A stretch of 64,000 nt of DNA from an uncultured Lachnospiraceae bacterium (GTDB taxonomy: Bacteria; Bacillota; Clostridia; Lachnospirales; Lachnospiraceae). Shown here in pieces: positions 9,834 to 18,749 of this stretch; positions within the stretch are counted from its first letter, which is position 1; every line of letters starts with the position of its first letter. Made by a program: the position numbers and the translations under genes. The notes beneath the pieces were generated by a model, which was not told the origin of the DNA, ran no database searches, and saw only the letters and a program-made list of their open reading frames with translations. The stretch is from assembly GCA_904395885.1 (NCBI GenBank), contig CAJFOF010000061.1:22541-86540 (forward strand), in the 5' to 3' direction.

Positions 9834-9875
9834 GGCGATTGAAAAGCAAACGAAAAGATCTGCTTTTCAATCGCC
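9834..9875. terminator. Bidirectional rho-independent terminator
   Basis: 15 bp stem: GGCGATTGAAAAGCA pairs with TGCTTTTCAATCGCC. It is flanked by A/T runs and lies between convergent genes. Confidence 0.7.
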
Positions 9876-9901
9876 AATTACCATTAAATATTAGGATTGT
9901 C

Positions 9902-10252
9902 TTAGAAATACATATACAGTATCCCTCCAACAACAGAGACAGTAATCAGAAAGTATGAAAGGAAGCTCAAGGTCTTTGATTCACTTCTAAGATAGATTGC
10001 CATACCGATTATACCAAGCAAGCCAATTCCCCAGGCAGTAAGTCTAGATCCGAGGTAATTAGAGGGAAGGCCAGATGCAGACAGGGCTGCAATCAGGAGA
10101 CCCCACAGGGCTAAGAAGCAAAAGATCCCTTTCTTTTTTTGAGGGACTTGAACCAAATAAAGAAGCAGCAAGCCCAGAATGCTGATTACGCTTAATCCTA
10201 CAAATAAAATCATTAATAGTCCTAACGCCATAAATATTTTCCTCTCTTTCAT
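9902..10252 (-). CDS. Small integral membrane protein (about 4 TM helices), unknown function; last gene of the two-component operon
   Basis: 116 aa and almost entirely hydrophobic. It lies 80 nt downstream of the kinase gene on the same strand. Confidence 0.55.
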   Translation of the reverse strand: MKERKIFMALGLLMILFVGLSVISILGLLLLYLVQVPQKKKGIFCFLALWGLLIAALSASGLPSNYLGSRLTAWGIGLLGIIGMAIYLRSESKTLSFLSYFLITVSVVGGILYMYF

Positions 10253-10332
10253 GTCTATTGTGTTTTGTTATGATCACAATTTACCACTGAATTCTAAAGA
10301 AATTAGAGAGGAATTTCTGAAGATTTCTAAAG

Positions 10333-11376
10333 TCAGAACCGGATCTGAAGAGAAATTTCTATTTCAAAGGTATCTTCATCAGAATTTATCTGGACGTTTC
10401 CACCGTGAAATTTTGCAATCTGCCGGATACTGTTCAGCCCGATTTTGTGACTCTCTGTCTGGTGGCCTTCCTGCTTGGAGATTTTGTTTCTTTGGATCAG
10501 AATGAGCCATTCCCCATCGCTTTTGATAATCAGTTCGACGGGATATTTTTTGTCAGCATATTTTTCTGCGTTGGATACCAGGTTATCAAAGATGCGGCGA
10601 ATGCCGCGAATGCTGACGTTTCCGGAAAATTTCTGGCACTCTGTCAGGTCAGTTTGACAGGAAAACTGATCTTCTAGAACTTCTTCCCATTCAGAGGCAA
10701 GCTGTTCCATGAAAAGCCTGCCGTCGTCGACTGTCTCCCAAAAATCTGTCTCCTCTCCAAGCAGCCCATCTGCCAACGCTTTTATCTGCTCCGCTTTGGA
10801 TTCCATTAAAGAAATGTAAGAATAAATTTCTTCTTGGGTCAGCTTATCCTTTTCTTTCATAAACTGAGAGTATGAGAGGATAGATGTCAGAGGAGTACGA
10901 ATATCGTGTGAAACAGAACGGATCCAGGCTTCTCGCTCCTCTTTTATTTCTTTTTCTTTTTGGGCCAGCATTTGCTGAGATTTTGATAAGTAATGAATGC
11001 TTTGGGCCAACTCGGTCAATTCATCCTTCCCTTTTAGTGGGATTTGGTAATTTTCATCCCTTTGTTCCAGAGCTTCAACGCCGCGAATGATCGCTACCAG
11101 ATAGGATAATTTTTGTCCCAGCATAAACAGAAATAAAACGAGGAAGGCCACACAGGATGCGGCTAGACAAATACTCCTTAGCCACAGTTGAAAGACCGCT
11201 TGCTGAACTTCTGTGAGAAATATTTGCCGCTCGATCAGGTAGACGCTGGCAATGGATTCTGCAATTGAATAGAGAAAACAGAAAATGATCCCTGCAATGA
11301 CAAATGCCATGACCATGAAGCCCAGTATCTCCCAGGCCAGGCGATTGTGCTTTTTTCTTTTGCCGCTAATCAGCAT
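10333..11376 (-). CDS. Sensor histidine kinase (two N-terminal TM helices with a short loop, then HisKA + HATPase_c)
   Basis: H-box SVSHDIRTPLTS, N-box DNLVSNAEKY, and a C-terminal ATPase fold. It overlaps the response regulator stop by 11 nt. Confidence 0.88.
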   Translation of the reverse strand: MLISGKRKKHNRLAWEILGFMVMAFVIAGIIFCFLYSIAESIASVYLIERQIFLTEVQQAVFQLWLRSICLAASCVAFLVLFLFMLGQKLSYLVAIIRGVEALEQRDENYQIPLKGKDELTELAQSIHYLSKSQQMLAQKEKEIKEEREAWIRSVSHDIRTPLTSILSYSQFMKEKDKLTQEEIYSYISLMESKAEQIKALADGLLGEETDFWETVDDGRLFMEQLASEWEEVLEDQFSCQTDLTECQKFSGNVSIRGIRRIFDNLVSNAEKYADKKYPVELIIKSDGEWLILIQRNKISKQEGHQTESHKIGLNSIRQIAKFHGGNVQINSDEDTFEIEISLQIRF

Positions 11377-12076
11377 AGTACCCCTTTCCCCAGGCTGTTT
11401 TAATATAAACAGGGCTTCTGGAACTGTCTCCCAGTTTTTTTCTCAAATTTTTAATGTGAACCATGATCGCTCCGTCGCCTACAGCCTCCTCTTCCCAAAT
11501 ACTTTGGTAAATATTCTCAATGGAATATATTTTTTTTCTGTGCGTGAGCAGCAACTCTAAAATTTTAAATTCCGTATATGTCAATGGAATGGTGTTTCCC
11601 TCCTTTATGACAGTCTGGCTGTTGAGATCCAGACATATGTCTTTGTATAAAATCGATGAACCCTCATACTCTCCCCCACTTCCCTCATCCCGTTGACTCT
11701 GGCGGATGGAATAATCTTTCGAGCGGCGAAGCAAGGCGCGAATCCGCATTAAAAGCTCACCGTGAGAAAATGGTTTTACGATATAATCGTCTGCACCTGC
11801 GGAAAACCCCATATATTTATCGGTTTCGCCGGAATAAGCCGTCAGAAAAATGATCGGAGCAAATGACATTTCCCGAATCTTTGCCCCGGCAGCGAATCCT
11901 GACATGATCGGCATGTTGACATCCAACAGATACAGATCGATGCTTGGATCGGCTAACGAAACGGCTTCTTCACCATTGCGGGCAGTAATCACCTCGTATC
12001 CTTCCTTTGACAGAAGCATTTTTAAAATCTCTAAAATTTCCGGCTCATCGTCTGCTATTAATATTTTATCTGACAT
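11366..12076 (-). CDS. OmpR/PhoB-family response regulator
   Basis: Receiver motifs ILIADDE, DLYLLDVNMP and KPF, plus a winged-helix C-terminus (IKTAWGKGY). Confidence 0.9.
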   Translation of the reverse strand: MSDKILIADDEPEILEILKMLLSKEGYEVITARNGEEAVSLADPSIDLYLLDVNMPIMSGFAAGAKIREMSFAPIIFLTAYSGETDKYMGFSAGADDYIVKPFSHGELLMRIRALLRRSKDYSIRQSQRDEGSGGEYEGSSILYKDICLDLNSQTVIKEGNTIPLTYTEFKILELLLTHRKKIYSIENIYQSIWEEEAVGDGAIMVHIKNLRKKLGDSSRSPVYIKTAWGKGYYAD

Positions 12077-12120
12077 AGTAAGTCTCCCTATATAATTTTA
12101 TGAGCAATGGCGCTCGATTA

Positions 12121-12274
12121 CGGATTTCTGCGGTGCAAGCACGGAGCTCTGCAAGGCTCATTATACCATGTCCCTGCGGGCCATGGCAGCCTCCGGCGGA
12201 ATTTAGTGCCCGGCTTTCTGCGGTAAACGCAGAAACCGGTATGCACAGGTATAATAACCACGTTGTGGTTATTA
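12121..12274 (-). repeat. Tandem copies A1 (degenerate) and A2 of a roughly 70 nt promoter-like/hairpin leader repeat; a third copy is at 38041-38112
   Basis: Segment 12190-12256 matches the reverse complement of 38047-38112 with about 5 mismatches. The shared sequence is CCTCCGGC.GA.TTTAGTGCCCGG.TTTCTGCGGT.AACGCAGAAACCGGTATGCACAGGTA. Segment 12121-12170 shares GGATTTCTGCGGTG and TATACCATG. Each copy carries TGGTATAAT/TGGTATAGT in the sense of the downstream gene. Confidence 0.75.
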
Positions 12275-12389
12275 TACCATAAAGAAATAAGGCAAGGGAA
12301 TATATATTGATGTTTTATTGCGATACGGAATAAGAACTGATAAATAAAAACACAGAGCCCTATAATAACCAGATTTGTACTCTGGATCG

Positions 12390-12655
12390 ATATATGGCTC
12401 TGTGCTGGAGGAAATGTTACTATTGAAATAGAAAAAGTTCTTTCATATAAACTCTGCCTTTTCCGTTTATCATCAGACGTATTTCGGCAGAGCGGGCTTT
12501 CTCAGGCTGATGTGAACAAAGAATTGATGGCTCAAAAGGCCGTAGAATTGATGGTAAACCTTCTTGAAGAAAAAGAATCAGAGAATACGATCTTTCAAAT
12601 ACCTGTGAGCCTGATCATCAGAGGCAGTTGTAAAATAAACCAAAAAGAACCGTGA
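12390..12655 (+). pseudogene. Remnant of a LacI-family regulator (C-terminal part only)
   Basis: My own translation ends ...SGLSQADVNKELMAQKAVELMVNLLEEKESENTIFQIPVSLIIRGSCKINQKEP*, the characteristic LacI/GalR C-terminus. There is no HTH and no usable start, and the upstream part is degenerate or frameshifted. The left boundary is approximate. Confidence 0.5.
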
Positions 12656-12709
12656 CACGACAAAAGGCTGTGAAAAAAGGAATTTCTTCACAGCCCTCTT
12701 TTTTTGCAA

Positions 12710-14212
12710 CTACTGCCAGTTCCACCGTCCGTAAAGCCGCGTTGTTTTGGCAATCAGCTCCAGCATTTCTTCAGAAAGCTGCCCTGGGACGAGGCGCCAT
12801 TTCCAGTTTTTCCCTACTGTGGAAGGCGTATTGATTCGAGCTTTGTTGGACAGGCCGAAATAGTCCTGAAGGGGGATGATGCACATCCTGGCTTTGCTTC
12901 TCATGGCAAGGCTGATGAAGGACAAATGCAGCTTTTTATCGGAGGTGCTGTGATCGCACAGATAATCTCTGGCCAGCCGGCGTTCTTCCGGTTTGATGGA
13001 CTGGAACCAACCGGAAATGGTTTCATTGTCATGGGTGCCTGTATATACGACGCAGTTTTCCGGATAATTATGAGGAAGATAGTCGCTGGCGCTTCCGGAA
13101 TCCCTGGAATCAAAAGCAAATTCAAGGACTTTCATGCCCGGGTAACCGCAGTCAGCCACCAGCCTGCGAACGGAATCTGTCACATACCCTAAATCTTCAG
13201 CGATAATTTCTTTTTCGCCCAGGGCACGGTTTACTGCCTGGAACAGTTGGATGCCTGGCCCCGCTTCCCAATGGCCGCCGATAGCAGTTTCCGCGTCAGC
13301 CGGAATGGAAAAGTATTCGTCAAAGCCTCTGAAATGGTCAATCCGAACCACATCGTAGAGCTGGTAACAGTAAGCCAGGCGGCTGATCCACCACTGGTAT
13401 CCTGTGTCTCTGTGGTAATCCCAGCGATACAGAGGGTTGCCCCAGAGCTGACCGGTGGCAGAAAAACCGTCCGGAGGGCAGCCGGCGACGGCTAACGGCC
13501 TGTTTTCCCCGTCAAGCTGGAAAAGCTGAGGGTTTGCCCAGGCATCGGCGCTGTCCATGGAGACGTAGATCGGAATATCACCGATGATGCGGATTCCCTG
13601 GCTGTTTGCGTGGGCCTTTAGTTTTCTCCACTGTTCTATAAACTTGAACTGAAGATATTCATGAAATTCGATATCAAAATACAGTTCCCGGCGGTAATAG
13701 TCCATGGCGTTGGGATAGCGCAGCCGGATATCTTCAGCCCATTCCGTCCACGCCTTTTCCCCAAACCGGCTTTTTACTGCCATAAAGAGAGCGTAGTCGC
13801 CAAGCCACCAGCGGTTCTCTGACTGGAATTTTAAAAATCCGTCATTTTCGGTGATCCGGCTCCGCTCATATGCCTTTCTCAAAAGAGGAAAACGGGCTTT
13901 ATAAATCTTTGCATAGTCTATGGAATCAGCTTTTTTGCCAAAATCAGCCTCGTCACACTCTTCTTTCGTGAGAACGCCTTCTTCGATCAGATCTTCCAGA
14001 CTGATAAAATAGGGATTTCCGGCAAAGGTGGAAAATGACTGGTAGGGTGAGTCGCCATAGCTTGTAGGACCCAATGGGAGAATCTGCCAGTAGGATTGTC
14101 CGGCCTGTTTTAATTGATCGATAAACTGATAGGCTTCTTTTGAAAAACAGCCGATTCCGTATGGGGATGGAAGGCTGGTGATGGGAAGTAAGATTCCGCT
14201 CTCTCGTTTCAT
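12710..14212 (-). CDS. malQ: 4-alpha-glucanotransferase (amylomaltase, GH77)
   Basis: MKRESGILLPITSLPSPYGIG...YWQILPLGPT...RIDHFRGF...EDLG...GTHDN are canonical MalQ motifs. The start is at ATG 14212-14210, with AGGAGG upstream. Confidence 0.92.
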   Translation of the reverse strand: MKRESGILLPITSLPSPYGIGCFSKEAYQFIDQLKQAGQSYWQILPLGPTSYGDSPYQSFSTFAGNPYFISLEDLIEEGVLTKEECDEADFGKKADSIDYAKIYKARFPLLRKAYERSRITENDGFLKFQSENRWWLGDYALFMAVKSRFGEKAWTEWAEDIRLRYPNAMDYYRRELYFDIEFHEYLQFKFIEQWRKLKAHANSQGIRIIGDIPIYVSMDSADAWANPQLFQLDGENRPLAVAGCPPDGFSATGQLWGNPLYRWDYHRDTGYQWWISRLAYCYQLYDVVRIDHFRGFDEYFSIPADAETAIGGHWEAGPGIQLFQAVNRALGEKEIIAEDLGYVTDSVRRLVADCGYPGMKVLEFAFDSRDSGSASDYLPHNYPENCVVYTGTHDNETISGWFQSIKPEERRLARDYLCDHSTSDKKLHLSFISLAMRSKARMCIIPLQDYFGLSNKARINTPSTVGKNWKWRLVPGQLSEEMLELIAKTTRLYGRWNWQ

Positions 14213-14234
14213 TTCTGAAAACCTCCTGTATGCT

Positions 14235-15131
14235 TTATTCATATTTCCATTCTGTGAGAACCCCGTAGTGATCAGATACGACAGGAAGGGTTTTTCCGTT
14301 AAAAAGGACGTTGGAGCTGCAGATCCGAATGGGCTGTTCCTGTTCAGATCTCGGGGAAAGCCAGACATAATCGATCCGCATTCCGGAAATTTCTCCTTGA
14401 TTCCGCCAGCCGTCGATTTGGCCGGGAACGGTGACGCCGCTGTCTTTTTTCTCGGCCATCAGATAGGTATCTCTCCATCCGGAATTCCGGATCAGATCGT
14501 ATCCCTCCCCTTTTGCCTGAGAAGGAGAATTGAAATCGCCTATGAGCCAGACATGGCCTTTTTCCAGAAGAGGACGGAGATGTGTCAAGAGGCGTTCCCA
14601 CTGTGCAGAAAAGGGATCCTCTTCTTTCCACCATCCCATATGAACACAGGCAAAACTAGCCACCTCTTTTTCTGTGCGGATGGACAGGGAGAGGGCCTTT
14701 CGGGTCTTCCAGTTTTGATAATCATGGCTGGCTGTCAGATAAAACTGGCTGGCTGACAAAACCGGATATCTGCTGAACATAGCCATGCCTTCATCGTATT
14801 TTCCGTAACCGATCTTGGCACCTGTCCATGTCCAGTAATATGGGAGGCCGCGGCTGCGGAGAGAGACTGCAATCTGAAATGCATGGTTGTCCCTGCGAAT
14901 CTTTACAGTTTCCGCTACCGCTTTTTCCCCGACAGAGACAAGCGGGCAGGGAAAAAAGCCGCTTGCAGTCAGCTCGTGCTCGGAAATTTCTTCAGCACAG
15001 ATAGACTGGCTGGATTCCTGCAAGGCCATAATATCCGGCTCTTCCGCCGCAATTCCTTCTATAAATTGTTCCAGCTTTTCTTCATATGCCGGTTCAGCCA
15101 AACTGTGACTGTTTAAAGTGAAACATTTCAT
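14235..15131 (-). CDS. Endonuclease/exonuclease/phosphatase (EEP) family protein, a candidate maltose-6'-phosphate phosphatase (MapP-like)
   Basis: EEP motifs NSHS, ALQE, GDFN and SDHYGV. It sits directly downstream of a glucose/maltose-family PTS permease, as mapP does in Enterococcus faecalis. The start is at MKCFTLNSH (ATG 15131-15129). Confidence 0.65.
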   Translation of the reverse strand: MKCFTLNSHSLAEPAYEEKLEQFIEGIAAEEPDIMALQESSQSICAEEISEHELTASGFFPCPLVSVGEKAVAETVKIRRDNHAFQIAVSLRSRGLPYYWTWTGAKIGYGKYDEGMAMFSRYPVLSASQFYLTASHDYQNWKTRKALSLSIRTEKEVASFACVHMGWWKEEDPFSAQWERLLTHLRPLLEKGHVWLIGDFNSPSQAKGEGYDLIRNSGWRDTYLMAEKKDSGVTVPGQIDGWRNQGEISGMRIDYVWLSPRSEQEQPIRICSSNVLFNGKTLPVVSDHYGVLTEWKYE

Positions 15132-15183
15132 ACTTCCCTGCTCCTTGCCAAATTTCTGTTGAGAGACGGCACTCTGTGCCGGA

Positions 15184-17409
15184 TCATGAAAGAATATCAT
15201 TAATATCGGATTTCAGTACATCGGCTTTAGGACCGTATACGGCCTGGATTCCTCCGTCCTTTTTGATCAGACCCATTGCACCCTCCGCTTTCCACGCTGG
15301 AAGCTCAGCTACTTTATCCATGTCTTTTACCGTGACTCTCAGCCTGGTCATGCAGGCGTCCACCAAGACGATATTCTCTCTTCCGCCTAACAGAGCAATG
15401 ATCCGTTCTGCCTGACCGCCGCCCTGTCCTGAAGGCTGTCTGGAGGAACCGCTGTCTCCCACTTCATCTGTTCCGCTGCCTTCATCTGTATAGTTGCCCA
15501 GACGTCCGGGAGTTGCGAAACGGAATTTGCCGATCATAAAATATGCAACAAAGTAACCGATAATAAAGAATGCGATTACACAGATAACGAAGTTGATGAT
15601 GTCCCCGCTGAGACCAGCCTGAATGGACATAGGAATTCTGGTAAACAGCTCCAGATTTCCGAAGGAATGAAGCCGCAGAGGAATGATACCGGCCAGAGCG
15701 AACGCACATCCCTGCAGAACTGCGTAGACCAGGTACAGAGGCAGAGCACAGAACATAAACATAAATTCCAGAGGCTCGGTCACGCCGGTCAGGAACACAG
15801 CCAGCACTGTGGATACAAACATGGAGCGGTAAGATTTCTTTTTATCTGGTTCTACTCTTCTATACATTGCCAGAGCGATGCCCAGAAGAAGCCCGGTAGC
15901 GCCGATCATCTGCCCCACTTTGAAACGGGCAGGTGTAACAGTGGTCAGCAGGGTCTGATAGGCTTCCATGTCCCCGGCAGATTTTAAATTGATCAGATCA
16001 GTTACCCATGCCAGCCACAGAGGATCCTGACCAAATACCTGGGATCCGGCGTTGGCTCCGGTGAGAATCGTATAAGTACCGCCGAAGGAGGTATAATTCA
16101 TCGGAATCGTCAGCATATGGTGCAGGCCAAACGGCAGCAGGAGACGTTCCAGGGTTCCGTAGATAAATGGAGCCAAGACCGGAGAGGTATCAGAGGAATT
16201 GGCAATCCAGACGCCGAACGCATTGATTCCCGACTGAACGACCGGCCAGACAACTGCCAGCACCAGGGAGATGATGACGGACCACGCAATTACCACAAGA
16301 GGAACGAAACGCTTTCCGTTAAAGAATGCCAGAGCGTCCGGCAGTTTGCGGAAATTGTAGTATTTGTTATAAATCGTACCGCCAGCGAAACCGGCAATAA
16401 TTCCCACAAACACACCCATGTTCAGTGCTGGAGAACCGAGAACAGAGGTAAAGTAACCGTCCACTGCGATCTCCTGTCCAAACAAGGTGTGAGTAACAGC
16501 TCCCTCTGTTTCCAGCATCTCGGCTGTCACACCGAACACAGAGCCTGTGATCATATTGATCAGAATGAAGGCAATGATCGCTGCAAAGGCGCCGCCGGCC
16601 TTTTCTTTGGCCCAAGAACCGCCGATGGCTGCGGCAAAGAGAATATGTAAGTTATTGATAATGGCCCATCCAATATTCTCCATAGTGCTTCCGATGGTGA
16701 GCACGACAGAAATATCCCCGCCGCTCATCTGAACCAGCTTGCCGATACTGATCATCAGTCCTGCGGCTGGCATAACGGCAATGACGGTCATCAGAACTTT
16801 TCCTAATTTCTGGAGGAAATCAAAGTTGATGGGCAGCTTTTTCTTTTCTTTCTTTTTTTCAATTGCAGGCTTTGTTTTGGACTCAGTTGGCTCCGGTTCC
16901 TGATTTTTCGGTTCCGTGACAATGCAGTTGTCTAAAACTGTTATCACGCAGTCTTTCCCGGCAGATACCGGACCGGTATGGACATTGATTGTCTTTTCGG
17001 TCATTCCGCCGCAGATTAAAACCGGTGTTATAAGATTGATGTTTTTTTCTTTCAATGTTTTGATGTCAGCTTCCGCTATCAGATCACCGGCCTTCACCTT
17101 GTCCCCGGGTTTTACATGAGTTTTGAAGCATTCTCCTTTTAAAGCGACCGTCTCCAGACCAAAATGGATCAGAACTTCCAGCCCGTTTTCTGCCTTAAAT
17201 CCGTATGCGTGGAGAGTTGGTGCGACAGAGACGACCTCGCCGTCAACAGGGCTGACGATCCTGCCGTCCGACGGCTCAATGGCAAGGCCGTCGCCAATAA
17301 TTTTCTGGGAAAATACCGGATCCGGAACTTGATCGAGAGGGACTGCAGTTCCTGAAACAGGTGCGATCAGGTTGAATCCTGTGCATCCTTCTAAAGTCTG
17401 CTCGTTCAT
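15184..17409 (-). CDS. PTS glucose/maltose-family permease with domain order EIIA-EIIC-EIIB
   Basis: The N-terminal EIIA(Glc) domain has HAYG and LIHFGLETV. A Pro/Glu/Lys linker follows, then an EIIC domain of about 450 aa. The C-terminal EIIB has the phospho-Cys motif ACMTRLRV. The start is at MNEQTLEG (ATG 17409-17407), with AGGAGGTG upstream. Confidence 0.88.
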   Translation of the reverse strand: MNEQTLEGCTGFNLIAPVSGTAVPLDQVPDPVFSQKIIGDGLAIEPSDGRIVSPVDGEVVSVAPTLHAYGFKAENGLEVLIHFGLETVALKGECFKTHVKPGDKVKAGDLIAEADIKTLKEKNINLITPVLICGGMTEKTINVHTGPVSAGKDCVITVLDNCIVTEPKNQEPEPTESKTKPAIEKKKEKKKLPINFDFLQKLGKVLMTVIAVMPAAGLMISIGKLVQMSGGDISVVLTIGSTMENIGWAIINNLHILFAAAIGGSWAKEKAGGAFAAIIAFILINMITGSVFGVTAEMLETEGAVTHTLFGQEIAVDGYFTSVLGSPALNMGVFVGIIAGFAGGTIYNKYYNFRKLPDALAFFNGKRFVPLVVIAWSVIISLVLAVVWPVVQSGINAFGVWIANSSDTSPVLAPFIYGTLERLLLPFGLHHMLTIPMNYTSFGGTYTILTGANAGSQVFGQDPLWLAWVTDLINLKSAGDMEAYQTLLTTVTPARFKVGQMIGATGLLLGIALAMYRRVEPDKKKSYRSMFVSTVLAVFLTGVTEPLEFMFMFCALPLYLVYAVLQGCAFALAGIIPLRLHSFGNLELFTRIPMSIQAGLSGDIINFVICVIAFFIIGYFVAYFMIGKFRFATPGRLGNYTDEGSGTDEVGDSGSSRQPSGQGGGQAERIIALLGGRENIVLVDACMTRLRVTVKDMDKVAELPAWKAEGAMGLIKKDGGIQAVYGPKADVLKSDINDILS

Positions 17410-17451
17410 ATCTTTGACACCTCCTATTTGCATCAACTTTGTGCAACCGTT

Positions 17452-17465
17452 TGCATTAATGATAA
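17452..17465. promoter_or_regulatory. LacI/MalR-type palindromic operator overlapping the PTS promoter
   Basis: TGCAACCGTTTGCA is a near-perfect 14 bp palindrome of the TGCAAACGTTTGCA type, located 3 nt downstream of the predicted -10. Confidence 0.6.
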
Positions 17466-17468
17466 ATC

Positions 17469-17497
17469 CTTTTAGAAAGAAAATCAAGAGGTTTTCA
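17469..17497 (-). promoter_or_regulatory. Sigma-A type promoter of the PTS/MapP-like/malQ operon
   Basis: On the minus strand: TTGATT, 17 nt spacer, TATCAT. Confidence 0.5.
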
Positions 17498-17569
17498 ACG
17501 GATTTCATGTGTTTCTCCACTTTCGACAAATTCTTTTTGGTTAGTTTGTGCAATATTACGCATATTAAA

Positions 17570-17583
17570 GCAATCGCTTGCAT
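17570..17583. promoter_or_regulatory. Second LacI-type operator half-palindrome in the divergent control region
   Basis: AGCAATCGCTTGCA follows the GCAA-NCGN-TTGC pattern. Confidence 0.4.
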
Positions 17584-17671
17584 TGATTTGATGCAAAAAC
17601 ATTTGACAATTGGGAAAGAATTTTATAAACTTGATATAGAAACTTCTGATTTGGAAAAAGGAGGGTTTTGC

Positions 17672-18694
17672 ATGTCCGTTACAATCAAAGAAGTTGCTGC
17701 TCTGGCCGGGGTTTCCCCTTCTACTGTTTCCCGTACCTGTAAAGATCACCCTTCTATCAGCCGCCAGACGAAAGAAAAGGTACGGAGGGCTATGGATCAG
17801 TTGGGTTATGAGCCCAATTTTCAGGCCAGCAGCCTTGCTACGCAGAATTCCAGAACCATAGGAATCATTCTGCCTCCTTCTGAGCGGGAAACTTATGAAA
17901 ATGCATTTTATCTGGAAGCTGTCAGAGGAATCAGTATCCTGTGCAATCAGCGCCAATATATCAATACTGTCATTACAGGAAAGGATGAATCGGAACTTCT
18001 GCAGGTGATCAAGACTACTGTGAGAAACGGACTGGCAGAAGGGTTTATCATCCTTTATTCCAGAGAACAGGATCCAGTGGTCAATTATCTATATGAGGAG
18101 GGCCTTTTATACGTGCTGGTAGGTAAGGCATTCCGCAATGCAAACCAGACGATCTATGTGGACAATGACAATGTGCTGGCAGGAAAGGAAGCTGCCCAGT
18201 ATCTGATCTCTCTGGGCCACAGAAAAATAGGCTATCTGTCCGGAGACCACTCTCTTCTTTATACCGGAGACCGAAAGTCCGGTTATATGCTGGCTCTTGC
18301 AGAAAATAACATTCCGTTCCGTCCTGAGTATTGCGTGGAGACTTCTTTCCTGCCAGGGGCGGAGAATCCGGTTTTGAGAGAACTGCTCAGTCGATCAGAC
18401 CGGCCTACGGCTTTCGTAGCCAGCGATGATATTCTCGCATCTTATCTGGAACGTCTGTGTGTGGAGATGAATATTGCTGTTCCAAAGGAATTGTCGGTAA
18501 TCTCATTCAATAATTCACTGTTTGCACGGATGACGAAACCACCGCTGACTTCCATTGACATTAACTCTTTCCAGCTCGGTTCAGAAGCGGCAGCCCAGAT
18601 GATCAGCCATATTGAAAATCCCAATCTGCTTGCCACCAAGACGATTGTGCCTCATTATATCGTGGAAAGAGAAAGCTGTATCGAAACAGTATGA
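17672..18694 (+). CDS. LacI family transcriptional regulator (probable maltose operon repressor)
   Basis: HTH MSVTIKEVAALAGVSPSTVSRTCKDHPSISRQTKEKV followed by a periplasmic-binding-fold core. It is divergent from the PTS operon. The start is at ATG 17672, after GGAGGG. Confidence 0.88.
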   Translation: MSVTIKEVAALAGVSPSTVSRTCKDHPSISRQTKEKVRRAMDQLGYEPNFQASSLATQNSRTIGIILPPSERETYENAFYLEAVRGISILCNQRQYINTVITGKDESELLQVIKTTVRNGLAEGFIILYSREQDPVVNYLYEEGLLYVLVGKAFRNANQTIYVDNDNVLAGKEAAQYLISLGHRKIGYLSGDHSLLYTGDRKSGYMLALAENNIPFRPEYCVETSFLPGAENPVLRELLSRSDRPTAFVASDDILASYLERLCVEMNIAVPKELSVISFNNSLFARMTKPPLTSIDINSFQLGSEAAAQMISHIENPNLLATKTIVPHYIVERESCIETV

Positions 18695-18749
18695 TTTTAG
18701 AAGCAACAATTTGTGAATACGCAGAATAACATGAGAGGTATAGATATTT

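Noticed and set aside
12100-12282. 60 aa ORF (MSNGARLRISAVQARSS...) covering the repeat region.
   Set aside because: It is produced by reading through the tandem nucleotide repeats and hairpins and has no RBS. The conservation is explained at the DNA/RNA level by the copy at 38041-38112, which is in the opposite orientation and is not an ORF there.
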